64,000 nt of DNA from Emiliania huxleyi CCMP1516. Lineage: Eukaryota. The stretch spans positions 201,643 through 265,642 of the forward strand of contig NW_005201412.1 of NCBI RefSeq assembly GCF_000372725.1, written 5' to 3'. Position numbers and translations under genes: made by a program. Numbering within the stretch: position 1 is the stretch's first letter; every line of letters starts with the position of its first letter. Below the pieces are notes generated by a model. It saw only the letters and a program-made list of their open reading frames with translations, made no database searches and was not told the DNA's origin. Of this stretch, positions 11,599 to 21,506 are shown one piece after another.

Positions 11599-11698
11599 AG
11601 AGGCAGCTGCGGAGCTGCGGACACCGCCGAGTAGACGGCGGCACACCGCGCCACCTGCTGTGTGCCGCCGTCTACTCGGCGGGGTCGCAGCTGCCTCT
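11599..11698. repeat. Long inverted repeat / hairpin (23-bp perfect inner stem, 13-bp outer stem, 13-nt loop)
   Basis: 11624-11646 pairs with 11660-11682; 11599-11611 pairs with 11686-11698. Confidence 0.9.
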
Positions 11699-12118
11699 TG
11701 GAAGGCACCGACATGTACCTTTTTGCGCAAATGAGGTCACAATCAAGGTTTTGTAATATCACAGTGAAATGGAACTAGCCCGACGGGCAATCGAGATTAG
11801 AATGGAAATCGTATCGGGCAACGGGCAGCGGCAACGGGCAACGGGCAGAGATGCCTGACCCTGAGCATCTCTCAAAAGGAAATTGCGGGTTCCCCGCCAG
11901 GTGCTGTGCCCTGACGCATGGGGCGCGCCCCTCACACCGGCTTGCGGCTAACTGAAAAACAGCTATTGCAATAATGCAAAAACCTCTTGGCGTTTTGTGG
12001 CTTGTGGGGGTGTTCCAGGAACTGGTTTCAAACTGAGATACAATCTGGCCGGACAGGCCGTTGCTGGCACAGCCGGGGGCCGCCCGGGATCGACGATCGA
12101 GCTATCCTAGCGATCGAG

Positions 12119-14496
12119 TCACCCGCGCAAGGACTTGAGGGCGAGGGTGACCATCGACGCGATGCCCTCGCCGAGCACGAAGCCGGACGCGGCCATGAGC
12201 ATGTGCCGCTCGTGCGAACGCGGCGAGCGCCGCCGCCACGCCCACTCGAGCACCGAGCCAGCCACGCGCGGCAGGGTCCAGTCGGGCTTGACGTACATGC
12301 CAATCCCAAAAGCGATGCCCGAGGGCAGCAGCCTGCCGAGGGCCGACTCGCCCGCCGCCGCCTCGGCGAGCGGCAGCGCGACGCCGAGGAGAGCAAAGGC
12401 CTTTGCGAAGGCGAGGGCGCTCGGCGGCAGCGCCGCGACGCCCTGCTGCATCAGCACGGCCATGTCCTTCCATACGTGCGCCACGGGCGCCTGGAACTGC
12501 TCGCACTCCCACCCCGCCTCGCCGGCGCAGCCGTAGGCGCTCGTGTACATGTTGAAGGCGGCGACGGTGACGAGCACCTGCCGACACGGCGCGGGCGGTC
12601 GTGGAGACGCGCCGATTGTCGGGGCGGGGGGCCGCCGGGAGCGGCACCGAGGCGGAGGAGCCAATCAGCTGCGCGTAGAACTGCGCGCGCGGGGAGGCGC
12701 CGAGCAGGTGTCCCGCCTTGAGGTCCTGCATCAGGTCGCCCGCCTGCATCGCGCCCGCCTCGGCGATGGCGCCGGCGACCAAGTTCGTCACGAGGTGGCC
12801 CGGGGCGAGGACGGCAAACGCGATCTGCGAGAGCTTGCCGAGGGCGCTCACCTAGGGTTAGGGTTAGGGTTAGGGTTAGGGTTAGGGTTAGATCTGCGAC
12901 AGCTTGCCGAGGGCGCTCACCGGCTCGAGGTCGGTCTGGCCGAGCGCGCGCACGCCGAGCACGGCGAGGAGGCAGGAGAGGCAGATCGAGACGAGGAGCT
13001 GCCACGCGGGGATCGAAAAGAGCGGTGCCACGATCGCGACGCAGAGCAGCGCCGACGCGCCCAGCCCGCCCAGCCACCAGCGGGCGGGGACGAGCTGCGA
13101 GGGAGGAGCAACCTCGAGCGGATCGCCGCCGCCGTCCTCGGCCGCCGCCCCGCCGCCGCCGCCTCCTCCTCCGCCTCCTCCGCCTCCGCCTCCGCCCTCT
13201 TCGGCTTCGCCTTCGCCGCCTCCGGGCGCGCCGGACTGGGCGGCCGAGGCGGAGGGCGGGGGCAGCATCAGGAACTGTCTCGCCGTCAGGACGGCGAGCG
13301 ACGAGAGCGCCTCCGACACCATCAGCCCCATCGCGACCCAGAGCAGCCACCCCTGCGCCCCAACCTCCCACGAGTTGATCGCCCCTTCCGGCAGCGGCGG
13401 CGCGGCGCATCCGCCCTCCGCGGCCTCGGCGGCGGCGGGAGGCATTCCGGCGGGCCGGGCGGTGGCCGCGACCCAGCCTCGAGAGACAGCCATCGGTCCG
13501 AGCACGGCCCACGCGGTGAGCGCGCCCGCGAGCATCGAGAGCGCGGACCTCTGCCCCATGATCATCCCTTGGCCGACGTACGAGAGGGAGGGGCGGACCT
13601 ACGAACCAATCGCTGGCGCATCAATGACTAACTTGTACTTGTACTTGCAATGACGCACGAGGGAGGGACGGACCGTCCAGTGCCACGCTGAGGCGGCGGG
13701 CAGGCAGAGCCAGTCAAAGGGGCGCAGGTTGGCGAAGGCGGGCGCAAAGTACGCGAGCAGCGAGAGGCAGTACGAGGCGCCGAAGGACCTGTTTGCCAGG
13801 GCGGGACAGTGTGGGGCACCGAGAGGCGGCGGGCCAGCGCGGGCGGCGGGAGCGGCGCGACCAGCCGAGCACGCGCCACCGCCCGCCGCCCTCGTGCCGC
13901 GTGTGCAGCGTGTCGATCAGCTTGGCGGTGGCCGTGCCCGACGGGAAGCGGAGCTGCTCCACCAGGATCGTCTGCCTCCGCAGCGGCACCGCGAAGAAGA
14001 TGCCAAAGTAGGTCAGCCCGCCGCACCAGGCGAGCTGCTGCGCCACGGAGAGCCGCACGGGCGGGCTCAGCATCTGCAGGGCGGGCACGATGCCGACGAA
14101 GCCGCCCGCCAGGGGCATCGTGGCGGTGGCGACCGCAATCGACTGGACGACCACGTTCTCGTGCGGCCCGAACGGCGTCCCCCCGCGCGGCCAGCAGAAG
14201 CGGAAGACGGCAAAGCCGACGACTGCCGACTGGATGGAGCCCATCGTCACCCAGCCCGTCTGCAGCCCAAAGTACATGTTGGTGAAGCAGAGCACGGTGC
14301 CGACGGCGAGCCCGACGGCGACCGCCCGGCCCGAGAGCTGCGGCGTCTGGTCCGCGGAGCTCTGGCCGGCGGTGAGCATGAGCGGCAGCATCTCCGGCCC
14401 CAGACGGCGGGCAAAGGCGGGGCTGTCGGACGTGCTGGAGATGCTGGAGGTCTCCTCCTTGTCGGCCGTGGGCGTCACGCGGAGGCGACTGCTCAT
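12119..14496 (-). CDS. OPT-superfamily (YSL-type) oligopeptide/metal-chelate transporter, multi-exon
   Basis: NMYFGLQTGW, FGPHENVVVQS, LRFPSGTATA, ALGQTDLEPVSALGKLSQI, AGDLMQDLKAGHLLGASPRAQFYAQLIG, ASGFVLGEG. Confidence 0.93.
12852..12890 (+). repeat. Interstitial telomeric repeat, about six TTAGGG units, inside an OPT intron
   Basis: CTAGGG(TTAGGG)5TTA. Confidence 0.95.
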
Positions 14497-14526
14497 CGAC
14501 CGTCTGTGGAGGCACACAAAAAGACA

Positions 14527-14781
14527 GAGTCACAATTCCAGGGATCGTTGCGGCGGGCCACCTGTCCCCCTGATCGTCCTTCCAAAATCCTGCTCGTGCA
14601 GGTGGGGACCCTGTCCTCGTCCCATCCCTCGTTTGGTCTGTTTTCTTTCTTTCTTTCTTTCTGCGGCGGGCCACCCTGTCCAAAGAGGCTAGCCGCACCC
14701 CCGCTTGGCCAATTCGCGGCTTATGTTGCTCGATTTCCAAAAAATCACATTAAAAATATATATATAAGGAAGGACAAAGAC
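14527..14781 (+). repeat. Dispersed repeat E directly upstream of SURF4; second copy inverted upstream of the RlmN-like gene
   Basis: Matches the reverse complement of 54521-54659 once the family B insert is removed. Confidence 0.85.
14563..14661 (+). mobile_element. Family B (TTTC)n-tailed retroposon fragment with 14-bp TSD, inserted in repeat E
   Basis: TGCGGCGGGCCACC at 14549-14562 and 14662-14675; uninterrupted host copy inverted at ~54521-54659. Confidence 0.85.
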
Positions 14782-14825
14782 ACATCCTTGACTTGTTCAA
14801 CCAAAGCCCAACCATCCACGCCACC

Positions 14826-15752
14826 ATGATGCTCGGACTCTTCGCGGTGTTCAAGACGGCCGTCGCCACGGCGGAGGCGGCCAGTATGGACTTGGAGGGC
14901 GCGCTCATCAGCCGCGTGCCTTCGGGCCGACGCCGCCGGCAGGAGTTCCTCGAGGCGGCGGGCCCGACGCTCCTTGTGCTGACGTTTCTGGAGGACTCCC
15001 TCCGAGTGGTGCAGCAGTGGGAGGGTCAGATGGCCTTCATGCAGAGCACGATGCACTTGGGCTACTACCTCGGCGCCACCCTCCTCTTCCTATCAATGCT
15101 CGTGCAGACCGTTGGATCGCTGGTCGTGCTCCACGCCGCGCTCGTGCCTTCGGCAAAGCTTGGCCTTGCCAAGCGCGCAACCTGGTCTCTGCTCGCGTTC
15201 ACCATCGTCCAGCCCTTCATGTACGGAGAGCTGACCAACATCGACTTCCTGTGCCGCTCACTCACGCTGGCGGGCGGCCTCCTGCTCTGTACCTTTGCGC
15301 AGAGTAAGCAACTAGCATCGCGGCCAAGGGCCAGCCAGTGGGGCCTGCCACAGAGCAATTTTGCGGCGGACAAGCTGCAGCTTTTCGGCCGGCTTATGCT
15401 GACCCTCCTCTTCTTCTTTGAGGCCCTCGCGGGGTCCAACTCAGGCGGCCTCCACTCGCTCATCGAGGCCCCCCGCCTGCTGCCCGCCGTGACCGCGGTG
15501 GCCCTGATCGCCGCCGCCGTCCTAATCGCCGTCGGGTTCAAGACTGAGTGGTCAGCCCTGCTCCTCGCCGGCGGCCTCGTGCTGCTCGATCTCTTCTGGT
15601 ACCCGTTCTGGTCCGCGCCAAGCTACCGCGCGGATCACATGCGCTACTACTTCTTCCAGACCTTGTCCGTAGCCGGCGGGTTGATGTTGCTCGCGGTGCA
15701 CGGCCCGGGTGCCATCGCCCTCGAGAAGAGGGCGGCGGAGAAGGACTTTTGA
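14826..15752 (+). CDS. SURF4: SURF4/Erv29 ER cargo receptor
   Basis: LLVLTFLEDSLRVVQQW, DFLCRSLTLAGGLLL, LQLFGRLML, AVGFKTEWSA, RYYFFQTLSVAGGLMLLAVHGPG, C-terminal EKDF. Confidence 0.9.
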   Translation: MMLGLFAVFKTAVATAEAASMDLEGALISRVPSGRRRRQEFLEAAGPTLLVLTFLEDSLRVVQQWEGQMAFMQSTMHLGYYLGATLLFLSMLVQTVGSLVVLHAALVPSAKLGLAKRATWSLLAFTIVQPFMYGELTNIDFLCRSLTLAGGLLLCTFAQSKQLASRPRASQWGLPQSNFAADKLQLFGRLMLTLLFFFEALAGSNSGGLHSLIEAPRLLPAVTAVALIAAAVLIAVGFKTEWSALLLAGGLVLLDLFWYPFWSAPSYRADHMRYYFFQTLSVAGGLMLLAVHGPGAIALEKRAAEKDF

Positions 15753-16124
15753 GATCTGAGGGAGCAACTCCATGCGCCCGGTGGTCCATGACTCTCTTCT
15801 CCCTTTCCTGTCCAGTGCTGCGTGTGGTGTGCCCACCCTCGTGCTCTCGCACTCCACCGCTGCCCAACTTGAGAATCGTGCTTTGCATACTCGAGGGGCA
15901 CCCACGTGGTGTAGTCGCCCGCTCTGATGTCACGTGGCATGTGGCACGCTGCCTCTGCGCCCCCCCACACCCCACCCTTTCGCGATCGTTTGTCGAGCAA
16001 ACTGTGATCGCGCGCCTTGCGAGAGCTCGTTCTTTCTGAGGAAGAAAGAACTCGTGCTAGAAAAGCGCGAAACACGTACGACTGAACAAAATGAACAACC
16101 CCACGTCAGGTGTGTATCCCTTTT

Positions 16125-16615
16125 GCTTTTGGCCGGGCCGTCTCCCGCGTTTTGATCTCTCGGTGAGTGGGCGCCCGCCCGCCGCCTCTGAGGGGGTCGG
16201 GCCCCCTAGTCTGAAAACAAAAACAAGAGCTCGAAATGGTCGAAAACAGCCAAAACCAGCCTGCGAGAGAGGCACTGCGCGCCGCTGACCTCATGTGGGG
16301 ATGTGTGCCGACACCAATACTGATCTCGAAAACCTGGAAACCCTTGTTCAAACATCAAAGCCGACCCTAAGCGCCATCCTTCCTGCTCTCACCTGATGCT
16401 GCTTCCCCGCGCCGCCTCCTTGGCCCCCTTGGGCGGCAAGCCTTGGGCGTATTTTCTACTCCCAGTGGGGGTCCTGGGCCGCCGGGCCCCTAGCTGGGCC
16501 CCTCTTGTTACTTGTTTTCTGGTTTTCTGTTTTTCAAAACGCCCGCCCCTGCCCGCCACCCCGAGGCGGCTCGGCCCCCCACTCACCGAGAGATCAAAAC
16601 GGGACGGCCCCGGAG
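16125..16615. mobile_element. Degenerate MITE-like inverted-repeat element
   Basis: CGTTTTGATCTCTCGGTGAGTGGG (~16148-16171) is inverted at ~16578-16601, with further imperfect symmetry; no clear TSD. Confidence 0.55.
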
Positions 16616-16928
16616 ACCTTTCATGCTGAAATTCTGCAAAACCCCGGCCAGCCCCTGCCCCCACCCTGCCTGCCTACCTACCTATACCTACCTACCTACT
16701 TATGGGAAACTTTTAAAAGAAATCACTCCGGCGATGAAGGTGGGGTACCGTAACCAATAACAAAGCGATGGCGATGGTGGTACTCTCCTGCAACCACAGA
16801 CAGTCCTTCCTATGACATGGCAGGCCACTCTCAAGCCCTAACAAGCATCAGATCACCCACAGGGAGGGTTGACATCGTGATTTCACCGGAAAATGTCCTT
16901 TTTCTGGATTCTGCTGTGAAATTCCGGC

Positions 16929-17939
16929 GTGAAGAGAGAGGGAAACCCGAGGGAGGGCCGGGGACCTACCCCGGTACACCCCGGCATGAGGTCGGCCAAG
17001 CAAAAATACCACGTTCGGATCGCTCCTCATCGCAAACCCTGTCAGCAGTTCACCTTCGGGTACGTAAGAGCTACATTCACTGAAAAAGCATACACACCTG
17101 ACCACGTGGCAACGTGGCAAGGGCCAAGGAACCTAAACTGGCCTCCGCACGTCCCTCATCGCCCACCGCACCGCATGTACCTCCCCGACCCTCTCGACCT
17201 GATCGATCCCTCGCGCGACTGCTGGTGGCGCCCAATTCCCGGCATCGACGCTGCCGCCTGGGTGGACTGGGTCGCCTCCGCCGGCGTCGATTGCAGCGGG
17301 CCGATGCCTCGCGCTGGCCTTCCCGGCTCTGTCGGAGACGGCTCGGCGGCCGTCAGCAACGACGAAGGGACCGGCGATGGACGCACGGGCTCGCTCTGGA
17401 TGTACGTCTCCCTTGCCGCTGTCGCACTCGCAGTGCTCAGCTGCGTCGCCCGGCGACTCCTGGTGTGCAAGGGTGCGTCGGCAGTGAGCCGAGACTTTGT
17501 GGTGTTGGAGGAGGCGGGCACCCGGGCCGGTGGCATGCCGACGACCGACATGCCGGCGCCCTCGCTTTACAACCGCCTGATACCGTCGAGCAGCCGCACC
17601 GCCGAGCGGAACAGCGAAGGTGACATCGAGGCGCCCGCAACTACGCAAGCGGCTGCCAAGGCCGCGGCGCCCGCGCAGCTTCAGAAGGAGTCCAACAGCC
17701 GGGCTGGTATCATGAGCATCGAGGATCGCATCAACGCCCTCGAGACCACGACGGGCGTTGACTTGGATGGCGACGGTGATATCGGCCTGCCGGGCCGCAC
17801 CAATGCGCCGCTGCCGCCGCACACGCCCCGGGACCGCGAATCGACGAGGCGCTCGTCGCGCCACTCGCGCTCAGAGCGCCGCTCGTCGAGATCGTGGACA
17901 AAGATGGGCTCGTCAAAGCCGAGCATCGAGCGCGTCTGA
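16929..17939 (+). CDS. Hypothetical single-pass membrane protein with a DxDxDG motif (true start uncertain)
   Basis: TM segment LWMYVSLAAVALAVLSCVA; ETTTGVDLDGDGDIG; the 5' part of the ORF overlaps a family A repeat fragment. Confidence 0.55.
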   Translation: MKREGNPREGRGPTPVHPGMRSAKQKYHVRIAPHRKPCQQFTFGYVRATFTEKAYTPDHVATWQGPRNLNWPPHVPHRPPHRMYLPDPLDLIDPSRDCWWRPIPGIDAAAWVDWVASAGVDCSGPMPRAGLPGSVGDGSAAVSNDEGTGDGRTGSLWMYVSLAAVALAVLSCVARRLLVCKGASAVSRDFVVLEEAGTRAGGMPTTDMPAPSLYNRLIPSSSRTAERNSEGDIEAPATTQAAAKAAAPAQLQKESNSRAGIMSIEDRINALETTTGVDLDGDGDIGLPGRTNAPLPPHTPRDRESTRRSSRHSRSERRSSRSWTKMGSSKPSIERV

Positions 17940-18294
17940 GTAGGCTAATGAGATGTGTCCGGTCAGGTGTGCGTGTACGTGTGTGCGCATATGTGCGTGC
18001 CGGTCAGACTTTCAGTATACGTCGAACGACGCGGCCCGCGTGGGCCTCCGGACATTTTTTGATATTATTATCAACGATTCGGCACCGCGCGATGTACACG
18101 CGCACACAAAGGCCTCGCGTGAGCCAGCAGAGGCCGGAGCGCGCCCTCGAGAGCGCGCCCTTGTACGTCAACTTGTAGCCATGAGAATGCACGAGAGAGA
18201 GAGATAACTTGAGATATAAAAATACGCGGCTGGCCTTCAAAAGTAGCAAGGGCGACGCCCTCGTGCAACCCGTCGACGCTCCTCCGCAACAGCG

Positions 18295-18660
18295 CTAGTT
18301 TGGCCCGCCAGCCAGCACCTTGGCCTTGGCAGCCTCAAACTCCTCTTCGGAGAGCGCTCCGACTGCCTTGAGTCTGAACAGCGACTCGAGCTGGTCTGCG
18401 ACGCCCATTGCTGCAGCAGGTGGAGCTGGGACCGAGCTCACTGCAGCAGGCGTGCCGGGGCCACGCACCGCGCCATGTAGCGCCGAAGCAACGGCGCCAG
18501 GTCCATTCCCCCCCTCCTCGGTAGCGACTGCCTCCTCTGCGAGCGCGCCCTGCTCGGCCGTTGATTTCCTCCGTGTCCACCACGCCGCGCCGCCAAAGAG
18601 GACGGCCGCCGACGCCAGATTAGTGAGCGCTCTCTCCACGGGCGGGCGGGCGGTGCTCAT
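18295..18660 (-). CDS. Small membrane protein with C-terminal SHOCT domain
   Basis: N-terminal TM segment; ADQLESLFRLKAVGALSEEEFEAAKAKVL fits the SHOCT pattern. Confidence 0.8.
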   Translation of the reverse strand: MSTARPPVERALTNLASAAVLFGGAAWWTRRKSTAEQGALAEEAVATEEGGNGPGAVASALHGAVRGPGTPAAVSSVPAPPAAAMGVADQLESLFRLKAVGALSEEEFEAAKAKVLAGGPN

Positions 18661-19050
18661 GTGGCAGATGTTGGCCCGCGCGGCGCGGTCTCACGCTAGA
18701 AACACGAGAAAACGCAGCATTTCAGTGCTCCAAGATTTCACATTGTGTGATAAGAACAAGAAGCTTGCAAACGATGACAGTGAGCGTGTGAGAGACAGAC
18801 CCAGGGAAGGTCTTTCACTTCCTTATTACAGCCCCTGCCCGAGCTCAGAGGTCGGTTCACAGCCCCGTGGGGGCCTCTTGCAGTTGCGGCGGTGCATGCA
18901 ATCAATCACCCGCCCGCCGTCCGTCCCGGCGGTGCCGCAGCTCGCGCAAATTTCCCGCGTAACCCACCTGGTAACATTACAATAAGGAAGTCCATAGACC
19001 TAGAGTGCCTAGGAGGGGGGCGGTGACCGGTGAGATATGCGCATATGACT

Positions 19051-21130
19051 TATGAGTGAAAAAGAAAGAAAGAAAACAGGCAAGCCAAGGGAGGTGGAGG
19101 GATGGGAGGACGGCACGCCGCCACCACACTGTCTGTCTTCGAGAGAGAGAGAGAGAGATTTAGCAATACCAAACAACTCTAACACTCACACGTCATTTGG
19201 GGCCTGGAGCCCTGTTCACGCGCGCGCGAGACGTGCAGACAGGGTTGCCAGGTGAGAGCGAATGGCGCGATTCACGCCTCGCACAACAGAGAGAGAGATG
19301 CGCTCTGCATGGTGGGACATAAAAGAGAGCGAGTACTTGGGCGAGTAGGCCGTGCGGTCAACGCTGCCGCGCGCGACTTTGCGCGCGAGGCGGCGCAGCT
19401 TGAGAACGGCGGTGGGCGAGAAGCCGCCGCCGAACGTCTCGTGGAGCAGCAGGTTGAAGTTGTTGCGCTTGACAAAGATCGCGTCGTGGTAGAAACCGCG
19501 ATGCGCCTTGACGTAGCCGTGGCCGTTCTTGTGGTCGAAGGGTTGGCCGGGCTGCCCGCGCGCCTTGCAGCCCACATGTTTAGGCGGCGGGCCTTCTCTT
19601 CGGTGTTGCCGAAGGCGTAGGAGTGGCCAACGGAGGCGGGCGTGCCGCCACTCGAGGCGTTGCCAACGCCCGGCGAGGAGGTCTTGAGGAGGGGCGTCCA
19701 GAGACTGATTTCATTCACCTCATCGCATCCTCCCGGGCCAGCGTGGGGTTCCGCGAGGTCGACATTGTACCCCTCGTTGTACTGCCGGGTGGCGGGTGAG
19801 CTCTGGTTTCTCCTTGTCGCCGTGCACGACCGGCGCGTTGGCCGGGGCGCGCATCGCGTCCGCCCAGGCGGCGAGCTGAGGGAGGGTGTAGAGGATGTAG
19901 AGTGTAGAGCGCTGTAGAGCTGTAGAGATGTAGAGCGCTGTAGAGCTGTAGAGCTCTACATCCGGCGCGTGACGATGTGAGTCGCCTGTAGAGCGATGTA
20001 GAGCGCGATTTTGCTGTAGAGTTTGTTGTAGAGGCTCTACAGCCAAACCGCCGGGAAGGCAGTGACTCAAAGAGGTCGAGCCGCGCTAATGGGGTGTCTC
20101 CGAGCTTACTGGAGCTCTGATGGACAGCCCTGGCTATCCCTGACACACAGAGAGTCACTCTGACGGCACACAACACCCTATGACTGCGTCATGACCAGCC
20201 TGCCATGTGTCGCCGGTGCCGCATTCGTCGCTGTGCTTCTTTAGCAGCCGGTGGACTGTCGGCTGCGAGGACGGTCGCATTTGCGCGAGGCGAGGCGAGC
20301 ATTCAGACGCGTTGCATGCGCCATGCTCGCGCCAGCGCGTGCGGGAGCTCCTGGCTGAGCGTTGAGTCCAGGCGAGTTGCGCTGGCCACTATCGCTACGC
20401 CGAGCCGAGCTGGCTGACGCGCCGAGGCGCCGGCCAGTCGCAGCCGTGAGGCATGCCACAGCAGCAGAGGCACCTGCCACCCATTGGGCGGGCAGACAGA
20501 AGGCCAGGGCAGCACTGGCAAGTGCAACGCGCCTCATGTCGGAGAGCGACCGTGCCTCGTTCGCCGCTTATGATGTAGAGTTTGTTGTAGAGATTTCACG
20601 TTGTAGAGCGCCTCTACATCGCTCTACAGGCGACTCACATCGTCACGCGGCGGATGTAGAGCTCTACAGCTCTACAGCGCTCTCCAGCGCTCTACATCTC
20701 TACAGCTCTACAGCGCTCTACACTCTACATCCTCTACACCCTCCCTCAGGCGGCGAGGACGCCGTCGTGGGGCCGCCGGTGGTGGGCCTTGTTGTAAAGG
20801 TAGTCGCCGAAGAAATCGACTGGCATGCCCCGCTCGAGCGCGACCCGAAGGGTGGGAAGCGCCACGGAGAGCCAAAGGCCGAGCTTCCGCTGGAGCTCGT
20901 CCTGGAGGGCGTCGGAGGAGAGGGCGGTGGCGTACGTGCCGTCGACACGGACATCGAGGGCTTTGCCGGCGAAAGGCGTTGAGGCGGAGACGAAGCGCGC
21001 GGCGTCGCGGTTGTTGACGGCGCTGTCTCCGAGGGACGGGTTGTTCTTGACGTTCATATGAGTGAAAAAGAAAGAAAGAAAACGGACAACCCAAGGGCGG
21101 GATGGAGGACGGCACGCCGCCACCACACAC
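19051..21130 (-). mobile_element. 5'-truncated, frameshifted non-LTR retrotransposon remnant (CRE-like, restriction-like endonuclease C-terminus), interrupted by a MITE
   Basis: Fragments HHRRPHDGVLAA|WADAM, GHSYAFGNTEEK, LLLHETFGGGFSPTAVLKLRRLA, ERISLSVVRGVNRAI resemble the C-terminus of CRE-clade elements; (TTTC)n-tailed 3' end present at both 19051-19130 and 21058-21130. Confidence 0.7.
19876..20749. mobile_element. Non-autonomous DNA transposon (MITE), ~130-bp TIRs rich in TGTAGAG, 8-bp TSD (hAT-like)
   Basis: TIR CTGAGGGAGGGTGTAGAGG...CCTCTACACCCTCCCTCAG; TSD GCGGCGAG at 19868-19875 and 20750-20757. Confidence 0.93.
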
Positions 21131-21506
21131 AGGGATTTTAAGGAGAGGGGTGTGATGCGCTAGCCATCGCCCACCCTAGGGAGTCTGCCTCTTCCTATCT
21201 CTCTTCGCAGTCTCTCCCCGATTCTCGCTGCAACCTTCATGCCACCTTGCGGTCGTCTCACTCTCGTCGTTCTCTCTCCTGTCGCTTCTTCCTCTGTCGC
21301 GTCGCTCTCCTCTGCCTCATCCTGCGACGGCGCCGCCGCCTGCCGCTCCCTTGCTCTCGCTTCTTCTCTCACGTTTCGATTCTTCGAGTTTCTTCAATCT
21401 CAGACGCCGGGTTTACAAATTTCGCTTTCAGGGCGTGCGGCTGTGAGCCATGGAAAGAGAGATCCTTCGCTCGACCGCATCCGTGCCGTGCTGAGCGTAA
21501 CTCGGG

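Noticed and set aside
11781..11863. GGGCAAC repeats ending in CCCTG, resembling a hAT end
   Set aside because: No matching opposite terminus or TSD found
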